From: Lingula anatina
Lineage: Eukaryota > Animalia > Brachiopoda
Direction of reading: 5' to 3'
DNA length: 64,000 nt
NCBI GenBank assembly: GCA_051362555.1
Contig: CM120640.1
Coordinates: 17,422,001 to 17,486,000 of the forward strand
In this document: one piece after another, positions 13,891 to 27,284 of the stretch
Numbering within the stretch: the first letter of the stretch is position 1
How the letters are laid out: every line of letters starts with the position of its first letter
Notes under the pieces: model-generated
Database searches by the model: none
What the model was told of the DNA's origin: nothing
The model's input: only the letters and a program-made list of their open reading frames with translations
Position numbers and translations under genes: made by a program

Positions 13891-16665
13891 TTTTCCACAA
13901 AAAGTGGAGTTTTTTACCTCCTTCATTGGCTCAACTTGAGAAATGACAAAGAACTGAGATTAAAATTTGGTCCAATCCAGACCTTTCGTAGCAAAAAGGG
14001 CAATTCTTTCTAATCCAATTCTACATTGCCTAAATATAGACCTATTACCATGTTTAGGTTACCTGTAACTACTTTCATCCCAATTGCCATGCAAACATGC
14101 AAATTTTATGATATATTTCAACAAAACATTATATTGGGTTGGCAACCATTAGTGAACTGTCTGGCAAGTAAGCATGCGTGAGGTGCTGCCATTAAGCCAT
14201 GTTGTGTGGAGTGACTGCCACTGCTGTCGCCAGGAATATACTTGCACACCAGCAACACTGCAAGCCTGTGACAGTCAGCCTTGGGAATCCTAATTTCCTT
14301 ACACTGCAAAGAAATTCTACTGTTTTCCCAGAGTCCAGAAAATAATTGCAACTAATACTGAACATGGTATAGCATTTAGGTTGATATGCTGCATGGCAAT
14401 TAGTTTTTTTTTTCTGTTACACTTCAATCAATATAGGCTAATCATAATCCGTATTCCAGTGCCTTATTCTGTCTTATATACATCATGAATGCAAACCAAA
14501 ACTATCGAGATTGCATGTCAATTACGTTAATTTCCTGCAGTAATGAAATATTTTCAATCTTCCTCAGAATCGTGTCTTTGCCAAATATCCCTGATTGCAT
14601 GTGCTAGCAGTATTTTATCTCAAGCTTAATAATATATGGAGTTTTCAACAGACAGAAATAATGAATTGCCATTCTTTTTGAAACTTTCAAACATTATATC
14701 ACAAAGCCCTCAAATCAGTATCGATTTTTTATATAAAAATGTCAAAAATCAGTTTTTTATTTAGACTTATTCAAACTATCTGCAGATTTTATTTCCTTCC
14801 AATGAAAGATACACACATCCACTGTAACAATCTCAAAATTTAGTTGTAGACTGGCTGTTTTTTTTTTCTTTTCTTTTTCCTCTGCCATTTTCCTAATAAG
14901 TTTTTGAAATGCAGTTGTATGAAAGAGTTTAGCTGTTTGTCCATCCAAATTGGTTTGTCAGTCCAGAAGTTACAGTTACACATTTACTTATGTTCTGAAT
15001 TTACAAACATCATGCTGTGTTAATACACTAAACCACTTGGCAGAGGTAGAAATTTTAAACTGTAGTTGGGGAGGAGGGGCCCCTACCCCATATACCCTTC
15101 AACCTGGACTTTCCCTTGAAACCCATTCCTTTTTTTCGACACTGATGGCTAAATCAGAGTTATAATTATAGCAAAAACTAGGCTCAAAAATTATTGTTAT
15201 GCCAAATGTCCTGAGGAGAGATATAAAGTAGCTTAAGCAATTACATATCCCAGGTGCCCTCCCAAAGGACATGGAAAGAAGCCTTCAAACAGAGCAGGAG
15301 GTGCACGGTTGGTCGATCTTTTGACAGCTAAAACAAGACACAATGCCCTTATTATTGTAATTGGCTTCTTTACCTTTTTATGGTTTTGCCTTTCATAGCA
15401 AAATAACCAGGTAAGCATCATGCAAGGACAAAAAAGGATTCCACTGCAAGAAAAAAGTGCATGAAATCAAACCACTTACCAAGCAATTATCTAGGACAAA
15501 TTAATAATAATGCAAAATGTGCTTAAACACCAGAACCGAAAAGTCTATAGAGGGTCAAGGAATGAAGACCTCTGACATGCAGCCACGCCTTTTTTCCCCC
15601 ATTTATGTTTCTAAATAAATGTTTCTGTCAGTCTAGTCCACTGTCCCCAAAACTTGATTAGTCATAAAACCTGGTAAACATATTCAGAGGAGAGAAACCC
15701 CTCCCCCCCATCCCTTACAGACAGGCCCTTCACATGTTACAAATGGACACCTGAATCTAAACAATGCTCCGAGAAACAACTGGCATCTGCCACATTTTTT
15801 CCATTTCCTAAGATCAGGTCCACTAATGCTCTATAGATGCCATGCATTATCTATTATTTACAGGCATTTTGCTTCTGTACTAATGGCTGACAGTAAAACT
15901 TCATGTATGCATAATTAAATGGTGCATGCACACTGTAACTTACTAATAGTTATGTTTATAAAATACAAATGAAGCTTTTTATGAAAAAAGACCACAGTGA
16001 CTGAATGGTGTTGACACTCTGTTAGCTAACTGTTACAAATATGCTGTTACAAATATGGCAACTTCAGAAAACCATTCTCTGCGCTGGTCATTTAGGCCAT
16101 ATACTAATATGTAGAGCATCTTGCCATCCATGTTTTAGCCCCCCCCCCCTCCCGCCCTGCCCCCGAGGTTCAGAAAACTTAACTCTATTATCGGCATGGC
16201 TTCGCCAGCTCCGATTCTCAGAGTGCATTCCATATCTCCCTTTCACAGACTGTCAACTGTAACAACCTTCCAAAGCTAGTACAAAAGCACTGCGTGTGTC
16301 CCTCGAAACTTCCATGATTCACAGGTAATGAATCAGAAGTGCTTTCATGGAGATTCCAGTAAAATAGGCGTGGTTTTCTCCATTTACAATTTTAAATAAA
16401 CACAATAACAGCTAATTTTCTTACATATCATTCTCTAATTTTAGTTACTTTAAGTACATATTTTGAAGGAACCTTTGGTGCTGTACTCATTTACATTCCT
16501 ACAATCTCTGACGAACATTTACTCCATTTTTACAAAAGAAAAGCAAGGTAAAAAAAAAAAACCTACTGAACAATATTGAAAAGCAATTTACTTACTAATA
16601 TTTCAATAAAAGATGTGTGTTGGGAGAAATAAAGAAATATGAACAACTGCAGAAGTAACACTTAC

Positions 16666-16899
16666 CCTTTGTGCTGTTTTTACATGAACTCCCTGGTTTT
16701 ATCCGTTTTTCTTGCTCTGCTTAGCAGCCTTATATTGGTTTCCCTGGCACCACACCTGGATTACCAAAGGCCAAAGCTGGCTGCCTTTTAAACAGCTTAT
16801 CTTTATTATAAATCACATCCAGGATAACCTTGAAAATGTATATGCCACAGTTTTGCAAAACCTCCTCATTGATACCAGGAAAAGATAACCATAATCAAA
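16666..16899 (-). other. Candidate non-coding (5'UTR or lncRNA) exon
   Basis: Minus-strand acceptor ttcttttgtatgtaatctgttttag and consensus donor AAGG|GTAAGT bracket 234 nt with stops in all three frames. Confidence 0.45.
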
Positions 16900-19412
16900 C
16901 TAAACAGATTACATACAAAAGAAATGAATACCGTCTGCTAGTATCCCATGCCTTATTGATTCCAGGAAACACTAAATGAGAGATGCTTTTATTCTGGGTA
17001 GCAGTCACTGAAAAATTGCTGTGTAAGAAATATATGGGCACATTCACCTTCTCAACAACCACAATGTTGTGAAGAATGCTTCATTGCTGCACTCATCACA
17101 GCATATAAGTAGTTTTATATATTTAAAAAGAAAAGAAAAAGCAAAAATGTGATTTTGAGAATCTTTTAAAGATTCCTTTACAAGCATATTTATTGTAACT
17201 GTTACCTATCTCACAAACTCACACATTAAACAAACAAAAAACAAAATGTCTGTTTGGATTAAGTAAAGCAAAACCAAACAATGTCTCCCACCAAATGGAC
17301 ACATCTGTTGGCTTTAATTATCATCATTCCTTTGAGAACTCTACAAAATATTTGAAGAATCATAGAATGTCTGGTTACATTAGGATTACATATGTCAATT
17401 TTACTTAAAGGTGAAGGGTTTGAGCTTGTGATATAATATTTGCTGACAAAATGAAATGCTTCAAATTTATCTAAAAACATGTATATATTGTGTCCACAGA
17501 TTTCTATAATAAACAATGTCTGAACCTTACCAATACTAGGTTAGAGTTACAGATAATTCAAAGAACTAAATCTTCCTACAGATTTTTATCATGTTACATA
17601 AAAGTACTGACTGATATGTAGCTATGTAATCCTAAACATTTGTTTACTGTTATTTGGCGACTTCTATAAATCAATCCTGTAAAAAAGCAAAAAGAGAGAA
17701 TATTTTGTTGAAATAAGTTCCATCAATTTGGTATTTGTGATATCATATCACTGTTTTCTTTTGTCACACACAAAGAGTTTTAATACTCCTAGATAGGTTT
17801 TGATGTCAGATTGCATCTGTGAGAATCAAATAATATTGGTTTGTGACAGAGAAAATTTGCAACCTGGGGACAAAGAGAATTTTTTTACAACATAATGTTA
17901 TCAGCATATATATCACACCACAAGATCAAACCTTCATTCAAAGTTATCTTTTAGTGTTAAGTCCTTCAAATAATGTAGTGTTGTTCTTATTCAACCTCTA
18001 CACCCATACCTAATACAGATAAATCCATTTAAATTCTTTAAATCTTTAAGCACAATCATTATACTAACAGCCAGGTAACATTTAATATCAAAATGATTTG
18101 TAAATATAATATCATGATTAAAGATATGATAAAATTATAATAACTAAATGCAAAATTTGCTTACAGTAACTAACATTATTCTGACCAATTTACAACAGAA
18201 AACATAAATATAAAATCACTATGCAAATGTGTCTATAATGTCTTAAGATTATAAAATTACACCAGTTCAAACTTAATTATAAAAGTGCGACAAAAAAGAT
18301 AACCGATTCAGCCATTTATGCCTGAATGATTCCAGTAATGGAAAATTCCATGAAGCAGGAAACTGCGATCTCCCAAAATAATGGAAATGAGTCGTCTTAC
18401 CACAAAGCAGCATGTCATGCATAAAAGACAACAGGGCTGTATGGGTTCTAATGTTTCAAGAGAAACAAAACCCCACATATTGCCTCTTTAAATGATGAGG
18501 GTTAATACATACATGTTAAATGTTCTTCAGACAACCTCTGTAGAACCTATATTAAAAACACATAGGAAAGAATAAAAACTCAATTATTTTGATGAAGCCT
18601 ATCCATTGTATACTAGATATCAACTATTTATACCACACTGAATTGTTCTTTTTAACATAATGATTCTATTAGTGTAAAATGAATCAAGTAAACCATGGAT
18701 GTTAACAAAATAGAATGTATCAGTATATTTTTATGAAGATTAAAGCATTGTACAAGGATAATGCATGGGCATAAATATTACTTGTAAGTACAACACAATC
18801 AAATTTTACGACAGCCATATCATTCATTATATATGCCAGTAGATATATAATGAATATATACGCAAATAAATTGCAGATAAACACCCTATAATGATACATT
18901 TAATTGACAGAAATTAATGTACCTCACACGATTCTAATCACATGTATATAGCACTTGGTATGCAAAACAATTCTGCTTTCCAGAACCCTGTCTGATAATT
19001 CTACATGGCCCTTAACATCCAAATCCATCTTGGAGTATTTACCTCCTTACAACGTCAAATTCTATAGCTCAAGTGAGTGACAGAAACCAACATGTGGTGA
19101 GCATCACTTATTCTTGCATCTTCTTACATGTGGTGCTCAATGAAAACATTACACCTCAATATATCACAGTCACTGCTAGTCTAAGATGACCACAAGCTTA
19201 CTTCAGTGTGTTCAGTGAGGGACCAAAACTTCTAGCACATTCCTCAACAAATTTTATATCAATTTGTTTTCAGTTTGCCAAACGTACATGAGTAATTGAT
19301 GTAAAGCCTCATTTGAAGTCTCTCTTAAAGATATTACAGCAAGTATGCACCCCTGTGTCACTCTCTGTGAACCCCTTATAACAGCTAGCTCAGAGGCTAC
19401 TATACCCATGGG

Positions 19413-22400
19413 TTATGAAGACTGTGACAGCGTACGACCTGCTGATGATGATTCCTCCTGAATGGGATTCAGAACAGAAGATACCCGAGGAATAGGGCTC
19501 CGTACTGATGGCTGAATTGGTGGCGGCGGCCCAAACGTGTCATACCTTGGTGAAGGAGAGTCTCCACTTGGTGAAAACATCTGCCGAAATTTTGGCCTCT
19601 CGTTTGGAGGACTAAACACTGAAGTATAGGGCTGAAATGATGGTAAAAGTGAAGTAAAAAAAGGGAAGTCTTACATATCACATGGAATAACATCTCAGTA
19701 CAGTTTACAAAATGCCTAGCATATTTTGGGGGCCCATGATTCAAACTGGCTGTAGACATCCACCAGGAGGAGGCAGCCCAGCTGACGTATGAGACTCAGA
19801 AAACCTGCGTATCTTTCACCGTCAGACCAGGTGCTTATAATCCTGCCTCAACCCCATAAGGGCAGAGTGCCAAGCCAGGAGACAGCAGGTACCGTTTATA
19901 ATGAACTGGCATATCCCCATAGGGGGTCACACCTACATCCTGCGAGAGATGAACACTCTAGACACAAAACCATCTGGTCTTGACAGATGGATGACAGACA
20001 TATAGATGTAGGAATTATGCTGTGTTCTGTTTAAAATTTTGGTCTTTTGTTTGAAAGACTAAACACTTAAGTATAGGGCTAAGATGGTAGTTAGCTGCAG
20101 TGATGAAGTTTAAATGATGAGTCCTAACATGTCAGTTGTGACAAAGTATTTGCACATAGCCAGCAGTTAGCTTTTGCTTCTAATTTGACATGAACTGTAA
20201 CACACTAAAATCTATCAATGCACCACACCAGGTATCATTTCACAGTTATTGAAGCACACCACTGTCACACCCAGCACACTTACACATCCACCACAATATC
20301 TCAACTAACACACTGCTTAGACTTACCCCATCCTCTGAGCTATTCAGACCAGGTAGAAGGTCCTCCTGGTCCACTGGGGTGGCCTGGACAGGGTGAAATA
20401 CACACAACATGGCCCAGATTGGGACCAAAAATTTCACTATCTGGAGTAGTAGAAAGTTTTAAGTAAATTAGCACAGTTTGATCCAGATTAGGACTAAGAT
20501 TATGAAAACATGAAAGGTGGCAATTTATGAAGAGTTACATTGAGAGTATACACTTTATGTAAAATATAAATACCAAGAATAAGATTACCTTGTAAAACAT
20601 GATAAAATGTCAGTTTATTTTAATGTGGGTCAACTCACAATATAGCAAAGGACTTAAACACCTTGATGCAATTTCAGCATAACACAACTCGAGCATGTCT
20701 GATATTTGTCATCTTGACAAATTTTAAATTTTGTTCTGAGCTTGATTTTGAACTAACTGCAAAGCTTACCATAAATGTTCCAAATATTGGAGAATACAGC
20801 TCTTGCATGTACAACTTGAAAACAAAGGTAAATATTGTTTAGCTTTGACATCATGAACATTATCTCTTCAATATTGTCCCACCATAAAGACACACTTCAC
20901 AAATTACTTTTGTAAAGCTTAATAATTCATGTCTGAAAGTCTAAATCCATTTACTACTATAGTTATAATAATAATCATAGTCAGTTCTAAAAAATATTGA
21001 TATCTTAAAGTACATAAACTTTATTCTTGAGGAATATTACTCTCCCTGCAATTTGGATACTTACAAATATTCCACTGCACCCTTTCTCTTCATCACCAAC
21101 TACAAAATATAATGATATGATAAAGAGAAGGATAATCTAATTTATTCATTATTTATTTATTAGTTTTATGCTGCCGATGTTCAGGAGCAGAAATTGTATG
21201 AAGAAGAAAGAACAAAGAACCATGTCAATTAGTATTTCATGTGTTAAAAATAAGATGATTCATACAAAAGACAAACCACTGCCTAATTGTTTGAGAAAAG
21301 TAAAGAAGAATATCAAGTGATCACTTTAATTTCTAATGCATACAACCTGAAGCGACACTCAAAATATTGAAAGATACATTTGAATCATACCCTCACCTAT
21401 TTTTAATGTGGCATCATAAACAAGACCAAACAGTGCTGACAATTCAAAAAATATTATAACTCTGAAATAAAAACACATTCTGTTAATAAATAATGCAAAA
21501 ATGTACATCAACTGAGTCATAAAATGTAAACAATTTACTTAAGCAATTTTAAACACTGAAAGATAAACACCAAACCAATTGTCTAAAAGCTGAGGTCCAA
21601 AAGACAAATGAATGTTATTCCACAGAAAGTACTAATTTTCTGTACTTTAATCCAAATATTTAATACAAAATTTAATACAAAGATTTCATACAGAGACAAA
21701 TGGTAACATAACTCAAAAATTATGGCACCATCCACCTCTTCCACAGTCCATTATCACAGTTCACTTACATCCATATTTCTCTTTTTTGAGTCCTCCTAAC
21801 AGAGTCTAAAGTGCTTATTTCATTAAGCCTTCTTGTTATATAGAAGCCTGCCAACATGAACAGTTGGACCAGGATAAATTCAGCTGAAGACAGCATAAGC
21901 CAGTAGGGTTCTGAAAATAAACAAAGATTTTGTTAATTGCTGACCTCTCATCACAATTTTCACAAGGTTAAATGGCTGTGTTGGGGTGGGTGGACAACTC
22001 ACCTGGACAAACTGGTCACAAATGGTCAGACAAGGGAGGTTAATAGAACCAGCCTGATGGACAAAACAAACCAGAGAATGTCACAGGAATGGAGGGGAGA
22101 CAGCCATATGGAGAGACAGACGGACAGACAGACAGATAGAAAGACAGACTGGAAGCCCCTTACCCATGCACTCTGTCCAGCTGTCTTTGATGTTGATGAT
22201 CCCCATCACCATGACAACTGTGAAATATATCAGCGCAATTGCAAACACAGGAAACAGGACCCTGAAAAACCAGAAATCTGTGTTATTTGTTTTAGATGAA
22301 AGAAACTAAAAGTTCGGACCTAACACTACCTGATGTGAAAAAGCCCTTATTTGTTTGCAAAATATTTTTAAATATAAGATTAAGAAGAAGATTAATACCA

Positions 22401-25400
22401 AGACCAATAAAACTGCTTGACAAAATATCCTAATTAAAGCAATAATAACTCTTCCTTTGAGATTAAAAATTCCGCAAGAAATACATTGTAAACAACGCAT
22501 GGAAATATATTACATAGCATTTCACCACTAAAACGGTTGATATTGTAGTAAAACTAAAACCTGTGCTTGTCAATAGGGCTTTCGATGCCTTTCTTCCCGG
22601 TCGTCAAGGCATCCGTTGCCAATGACGTTGGGGTGTCACGTGGATTCTCGCGTTCATTCGAGACCAAAATAACATATGGCGGCAATATGATAGCAGTGCA
22701 TGATGGCATCCTCAGATGTAAGTTGCGAATTTTTGTACAGTGCGTCGGATAACGAATAGCCCAGAACTGCACACATTGTAGATATAAATGCATTTTGAAC
22801 AATAAGACGAATATATCGTATGAATCTTATATTATTGTTATATAGTGTTGTTGTTGTAGTCTGCTTTTCCCGCGGTTTTAAGTAGGTCACCAGAAAACCT
22901 CGCTTGATATCGCGTGACTGTGCAATGTCAGAGAGGGTTCCGTCAGTTAAAATCTCTTAGGAGATTTTAATAAAAAACCAAACTTTTAGGAAAAAGATCC
23001 AAGACTAACTTTGAATGCAGGAATGGGGTCGTTGACCATTGGTAAGTACGGGAAAATTGCCGTTTACTCCAGGAAAATCCAATTTTTGGCCAAAACGAAG
23101 AGTTATTATGACTTAAAGTTAAAATTAATAATTAAATGCACAGATAAATATTTGCTTTAAAAGCATCCTCTGGTTCATTGATACTTGTGACATCAACAGA
23201 GTGCTTTAATCTAACATAAACCTTGCGGTCAGATATATGAGTACCTTCTCACAACTGTAGATGACACTGATAATGTGATAATGAAATGACAAGAGTACTT
23301 ATGTGGTGGTCAGGTATATCCTCATCAAGAAGGTAATAACTGAGAAGCACCTCTATTTTAAATGTTTCATCCAGTAGGAATAAGCAGGGTATTTACAGCA
23401 CTCTCAGACCCCATTCCAATACCTAGATCGATCTAGCAGGATTGATCCATCTCCGGGGGGTTTTTCGCACACTTACATTCAGCTTAAGTGGCTTGAGATG
23501 TCTTGCATGCTGAAGCTGTTAGGAGGTAATTAACTATTGTGAAGCAGCTTCAGTAGGTGTGGCAGACATCTAAGATGTTTAAGCTGAATGCAATTTAGCG
23601 AGAGTCCCCTTGGAGATGGATCAATCCTGCTAGTTCAAACTAGGTATGGGAATGGGGTCTAAATCCAGCACCTCCCTCCTTAGTTCTGCTGGCACTGACC
23701 TTAAGAAATGACCTACCTTGTGGTGAGGTAATCCTTCCTCAATACTCGAGTAGCTGCTGTCCAGTAGAAATGACAGACCACTAGAAATTGCACCAGTTTG
23801 AGGTACTGCATAGCAAAGTCAAACTCTGCATATCTGCCCAGGATCCAGTGCACAGTGCTGTAAGTCCAAAAGATACAGTCAAATTTTGCTTTTACATGTT
23901 TTGCCCTAAAAATATGCATAAATACTCAAATATTGGGGAAATTAGTCATAAGTCATTTTGATTTCTACTTTTTCAATGTATTCTTTAAAGAAATGATCAT
24001 TTTCATTAATTTCACAAGTCTTATTACCGTATTTTGTGGTATTCATATCATACACTTTAAACTTAATCAAAAAAACCTTTTGGTTGAAATTTTAGAAGAA
24101 GCTGCTTTCATCATTATTATTATTATTATTATCCTATGTGGGACAGAATTTGTTATAGTGTTATCAACCCATATAATAACAAACATGATGTCAGTGTTCA
24201 CATCCTGAGAGAGCCATTATTACAACATTTCCCCTCTTAAAGTGCTCACGCTAAAACCAGACAAGCCATGTTCAATAAATATGTAGCGCAATTATTAGCC
24301 TGGCATGCAGCAAGCTAATTATATCAGCACAGCTTATTTCTGTAAATTTTCCATGAAATTGTATGCATGGGACTAATGGCAAGAAATAGTCATCCTGCTT
24401 CACCAATCTTGGTACGGTAAGACGTGTGTGTGTGTGTGTGGGTATGTGCGCGCGAGCGCCCATGAACAGGAACTGTCCTCCATACCTCCCCTACAATGTC
24501 CATAAGTTTGTCACTTCCCTTCTCTCTCCCTCCCTTCTTATCCCTCTGAATAATCAATTAATATTTAGCACAATATTTCAGTTGAAAAGGAATCATCTAA
24601 ATATACATTCTAATTTTTTTTCAAAATTTGCTAAACACTATTTGAACTAATTAAGATATTTAAACTTCAAAAATCAATAAGTTTGATTAATGTTTTGTCT
24701 CTGTTTGTCTCTGCCATTTTTTTTGTCTCTGTAGTGAGTGTGTTTACTGGTACATGCACGTACATGTGTGTGCACACTTACCATATGATAGTTTCTATTG
24801 TGGCACAGTAAAAAATAATGAACTGGTGGATGACAGGATGGCGGTACGAATGCAAGCGAATGACTTTGGCGGCACACAGCAAACCAGTTATGCTGACAAA
24901 CAATGCCATGATTCCATTCCTAGAAGTCGAAAAGATATTTCTAGTTTAGATTTGAACAAATCAGTTGGCAAAGTGCTATCCATGCAGATACTTTTTTGCA
25001 GAATAAAGCTGAACTGGAACCATCTCTGAAATATATGAAAAATTAATACCCTCCCCCTCCCCCCCAAATTCACTTTGCAGGAGAGAAAACTGAAACAACT
25101 AACAAACCAACAGGAGAGATTCCCTAGCCATAACATGAGCTAACAGTAATACCCAAGTATAAAAAAAGTACATTGCTTCACTATGTGAATAAGAATTCAG
25201 TAGAACTGACTGAATATCAGGTGGGATTTGTAGAAAATTGACATAATGCTGACTTTATCTTTCTTTTAAATTTGCTATCTTTTACATCCAAAAAAGAGAT
25301 CAATTTAAACAGGACTATTTCCAAGAAATATGGTCAAAGAAAAACTGAAAAGCTTGTGTGAGATGACTGACCACTTCAGCCCACATCTACATGTACAGGC

Positions 25401-27284
25401 ATACAGTGGACACTGTAATTATAGCACTGTCCCCTCTTCATACCAAGGAAAGAATGAGGGAAAAAAAACAAATAGTGCTGGAAACATACAGGTACAAGTA
25501 GCCGATTGTTTATATTGCAAAACTGAATAGCTGCTTAAATGCCCTTTATTCTAATGGGAAAAATGAATTAATGAACATTCTGACTGATAAAGGCCCCTAG
25601 AGAGTATCAAGATTCATAACAAAGATAACATGTAGCTACAATTCATATCTTATAAATTGAACTTTCAAGATTATATATCTCAATTATATACAGTACTAAA
25701 CTCACACATTTTTCTTTTATTTCTTATGTTTTTGTGCTTCATCACTGAAGAGCTGTGTTGCTACCAGTCAGGAAAATGCATTTGCAATATTACACAGCAT
25801 ACTGACATTACTCTCATATGTGGTACTTCTTTCTCTCTCTGGCATCATAAAAAGATACAGCTCAATTGCACTGGCAGACTGCACTGAATTATGTTTAGAA
25901 TTTTTTCCCCAGCCTATCAGTGGTAAGAGTGAGTAAAGGTTAAGTTTGCCATTCTACCCTCAAGATGACCCAGTTCCATCAGGAAATGAAGGTCAAACCT
26001 GGAAATTGCCTGAGTGAAGGATGAAGATGTAATAAGGAGTGAAGGATGGAGATGTAATATATAATTTACACAGACATTAACTGCCTGTCAAATCAAAAGG
26101 AAATTTGACAATATGTCCAAATTTTACTTATGAATTTTACTTGAATAATTCTGATGTGTTATTATCAAGAAAATATAAAAAAATGCCTTCTTAAAATTTT
26201 ATGGATTGTGTAAAAGGATTCAACTGATGGAGTATCAAATATATTATAGATTGTGAACTTCTCTCTTCAGAGCCTTCTCCTTAAATATGGGCACAGTTTG
26301 AAAATAAATTAATGTTCAATTTTCAGTAAATACCCTGCACTACATGTATCCAGAATGCATATTCATTTGTACTACATTCTTGAATACATACATTATCTAG
26401 GCCAAACCGAAACAATACAGAAGTTTATGGTGATAATTATTCTTGTGGAAGGAGACAAAATACCTAATTTAGTAAGTATTATAATACACAGGAAGGTGAA
26501 GAAGTCAACATGCAGTTTTTCTTTGACCATATTTCTTGGAAATAATCATTTTTGTACTGATAAGAGAAATAGATTCGTTCTAGCTAGTGCAATTGGCCAA
26601 TAATTGAAAAGCTGACGAGCTGAGAGAAATGACTCAGTAGAAGCAAGCGCTAGAATGTTCTAAAATGGATTTTGAGCATAAGGTTGCCTAATAGTGTATG
26701 CAAACCTGGGTGTCAGAATTAACTTAAGAAAAATTATTGTCACTGACAAAATGAAAACACTGAGGTATATTCGCACCGCTCGGTCGTCAAGGTATTCCTG
26801 CTCAAGCAACACAGGGTGACTCCTGCTCTTGCCACCAACACCATCCAATTATTGAACCAAGCAAATTATTTCTTCCTCTTTCATATAGCAACTATAAATG
26901 TGTGTGTGTGTGTGTTTAATTACCATACTTTTGCTTGCTCTGTGTAATAGTTACAAATTATAAAATGCCTCATGAAAAAATGACCAATTTTATAAAAATA
27001 ATGACAAATTTTGAATGTGAATAAATTTCTTGTTGGTAAATATTTCACACAGCATTCTACATTAGACACATCTACAGTCAACTCTGAAATTTTGACCCAA
27101 TTATCAAACACACCATCTCTCCTAACACAATTGGTGCTCACCTGATACAGGCCATGGCATTGAAGTTCTGGCAGTCATCCTGGAAACATCCTCCCAACAT
27201 GATATCTGGCATTATAGAGTGGTTGCCAGATGAGTTTCCAGGCAAAGTTGCCATAGTAAATGGAGATTCTGTAGAAAGTGCCAT
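19413..27284 (-). CDS. Uncharacterised 7-transmembrane protein, 379 aa (GPR137/TM7SF1-like architecture)
   Basis: Ten phase-consistent GT-AG exons: 27284-27142, 24919-24782, 23857-23717, 22261-22164, 21910-21769, 21461-21397, 21099-21065, 20814-20770, 20440-20327, 19631-19413 (1140 nt). The N-terminus has sequons NSS and NHS, followed by seven hydrophobic segments and a Pro/Ser-rich tail with DQEDLL, YTSV and YDTF. The family assignment is an inference. Confidence 0.88.
20032..20081 (-). pseudogene. Decayed partial duplicate of the 7-TM gene terminal exon (pseudo-exon)
   Basis: ag|CCCTATACTTAAGTGTTTAGTCTTTCAAACAAAAGACCAAAATTT versus the true exon ag|CCCTATACTTCAGTGTTTAGTCCTCCAAACGAGAGGCCAAAATTT at 19631. 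Confidence 0.8.
22550..23060. promoter_or_regulatory. Orphan CpG-rich promoter-like island inside a 7-TM gene intron
   Basis: High CpG density, CCAAT/TGACG, E-box GTCACGTGG (22635-22643), TCTCGCG, YY1-like ATATGGCGGC, E2F-like TTTCCCGCG and TCGCGTGAC. Plus-strand GTAAGT donors at 22718 and 23042. Confidence 0.7.
23407..23659. mobile_element. Palindromic Harbinger/Tourist-like MITE (family A, copy 1)
   Basis: About 48-bp TIR GACCCCATTCC(A/C)ATACCTAG...CTAGCAGGATTGATCCATCTCC, with flanks TCA/TAA. Confidence 0.85.

Noticed and set aside
19720-19990. GC-richer patch in the last 7-TM intron, possibly an extra exon or retroelement relic
   Set aside because: I found no splice-consistent open frame or recognisable motif.
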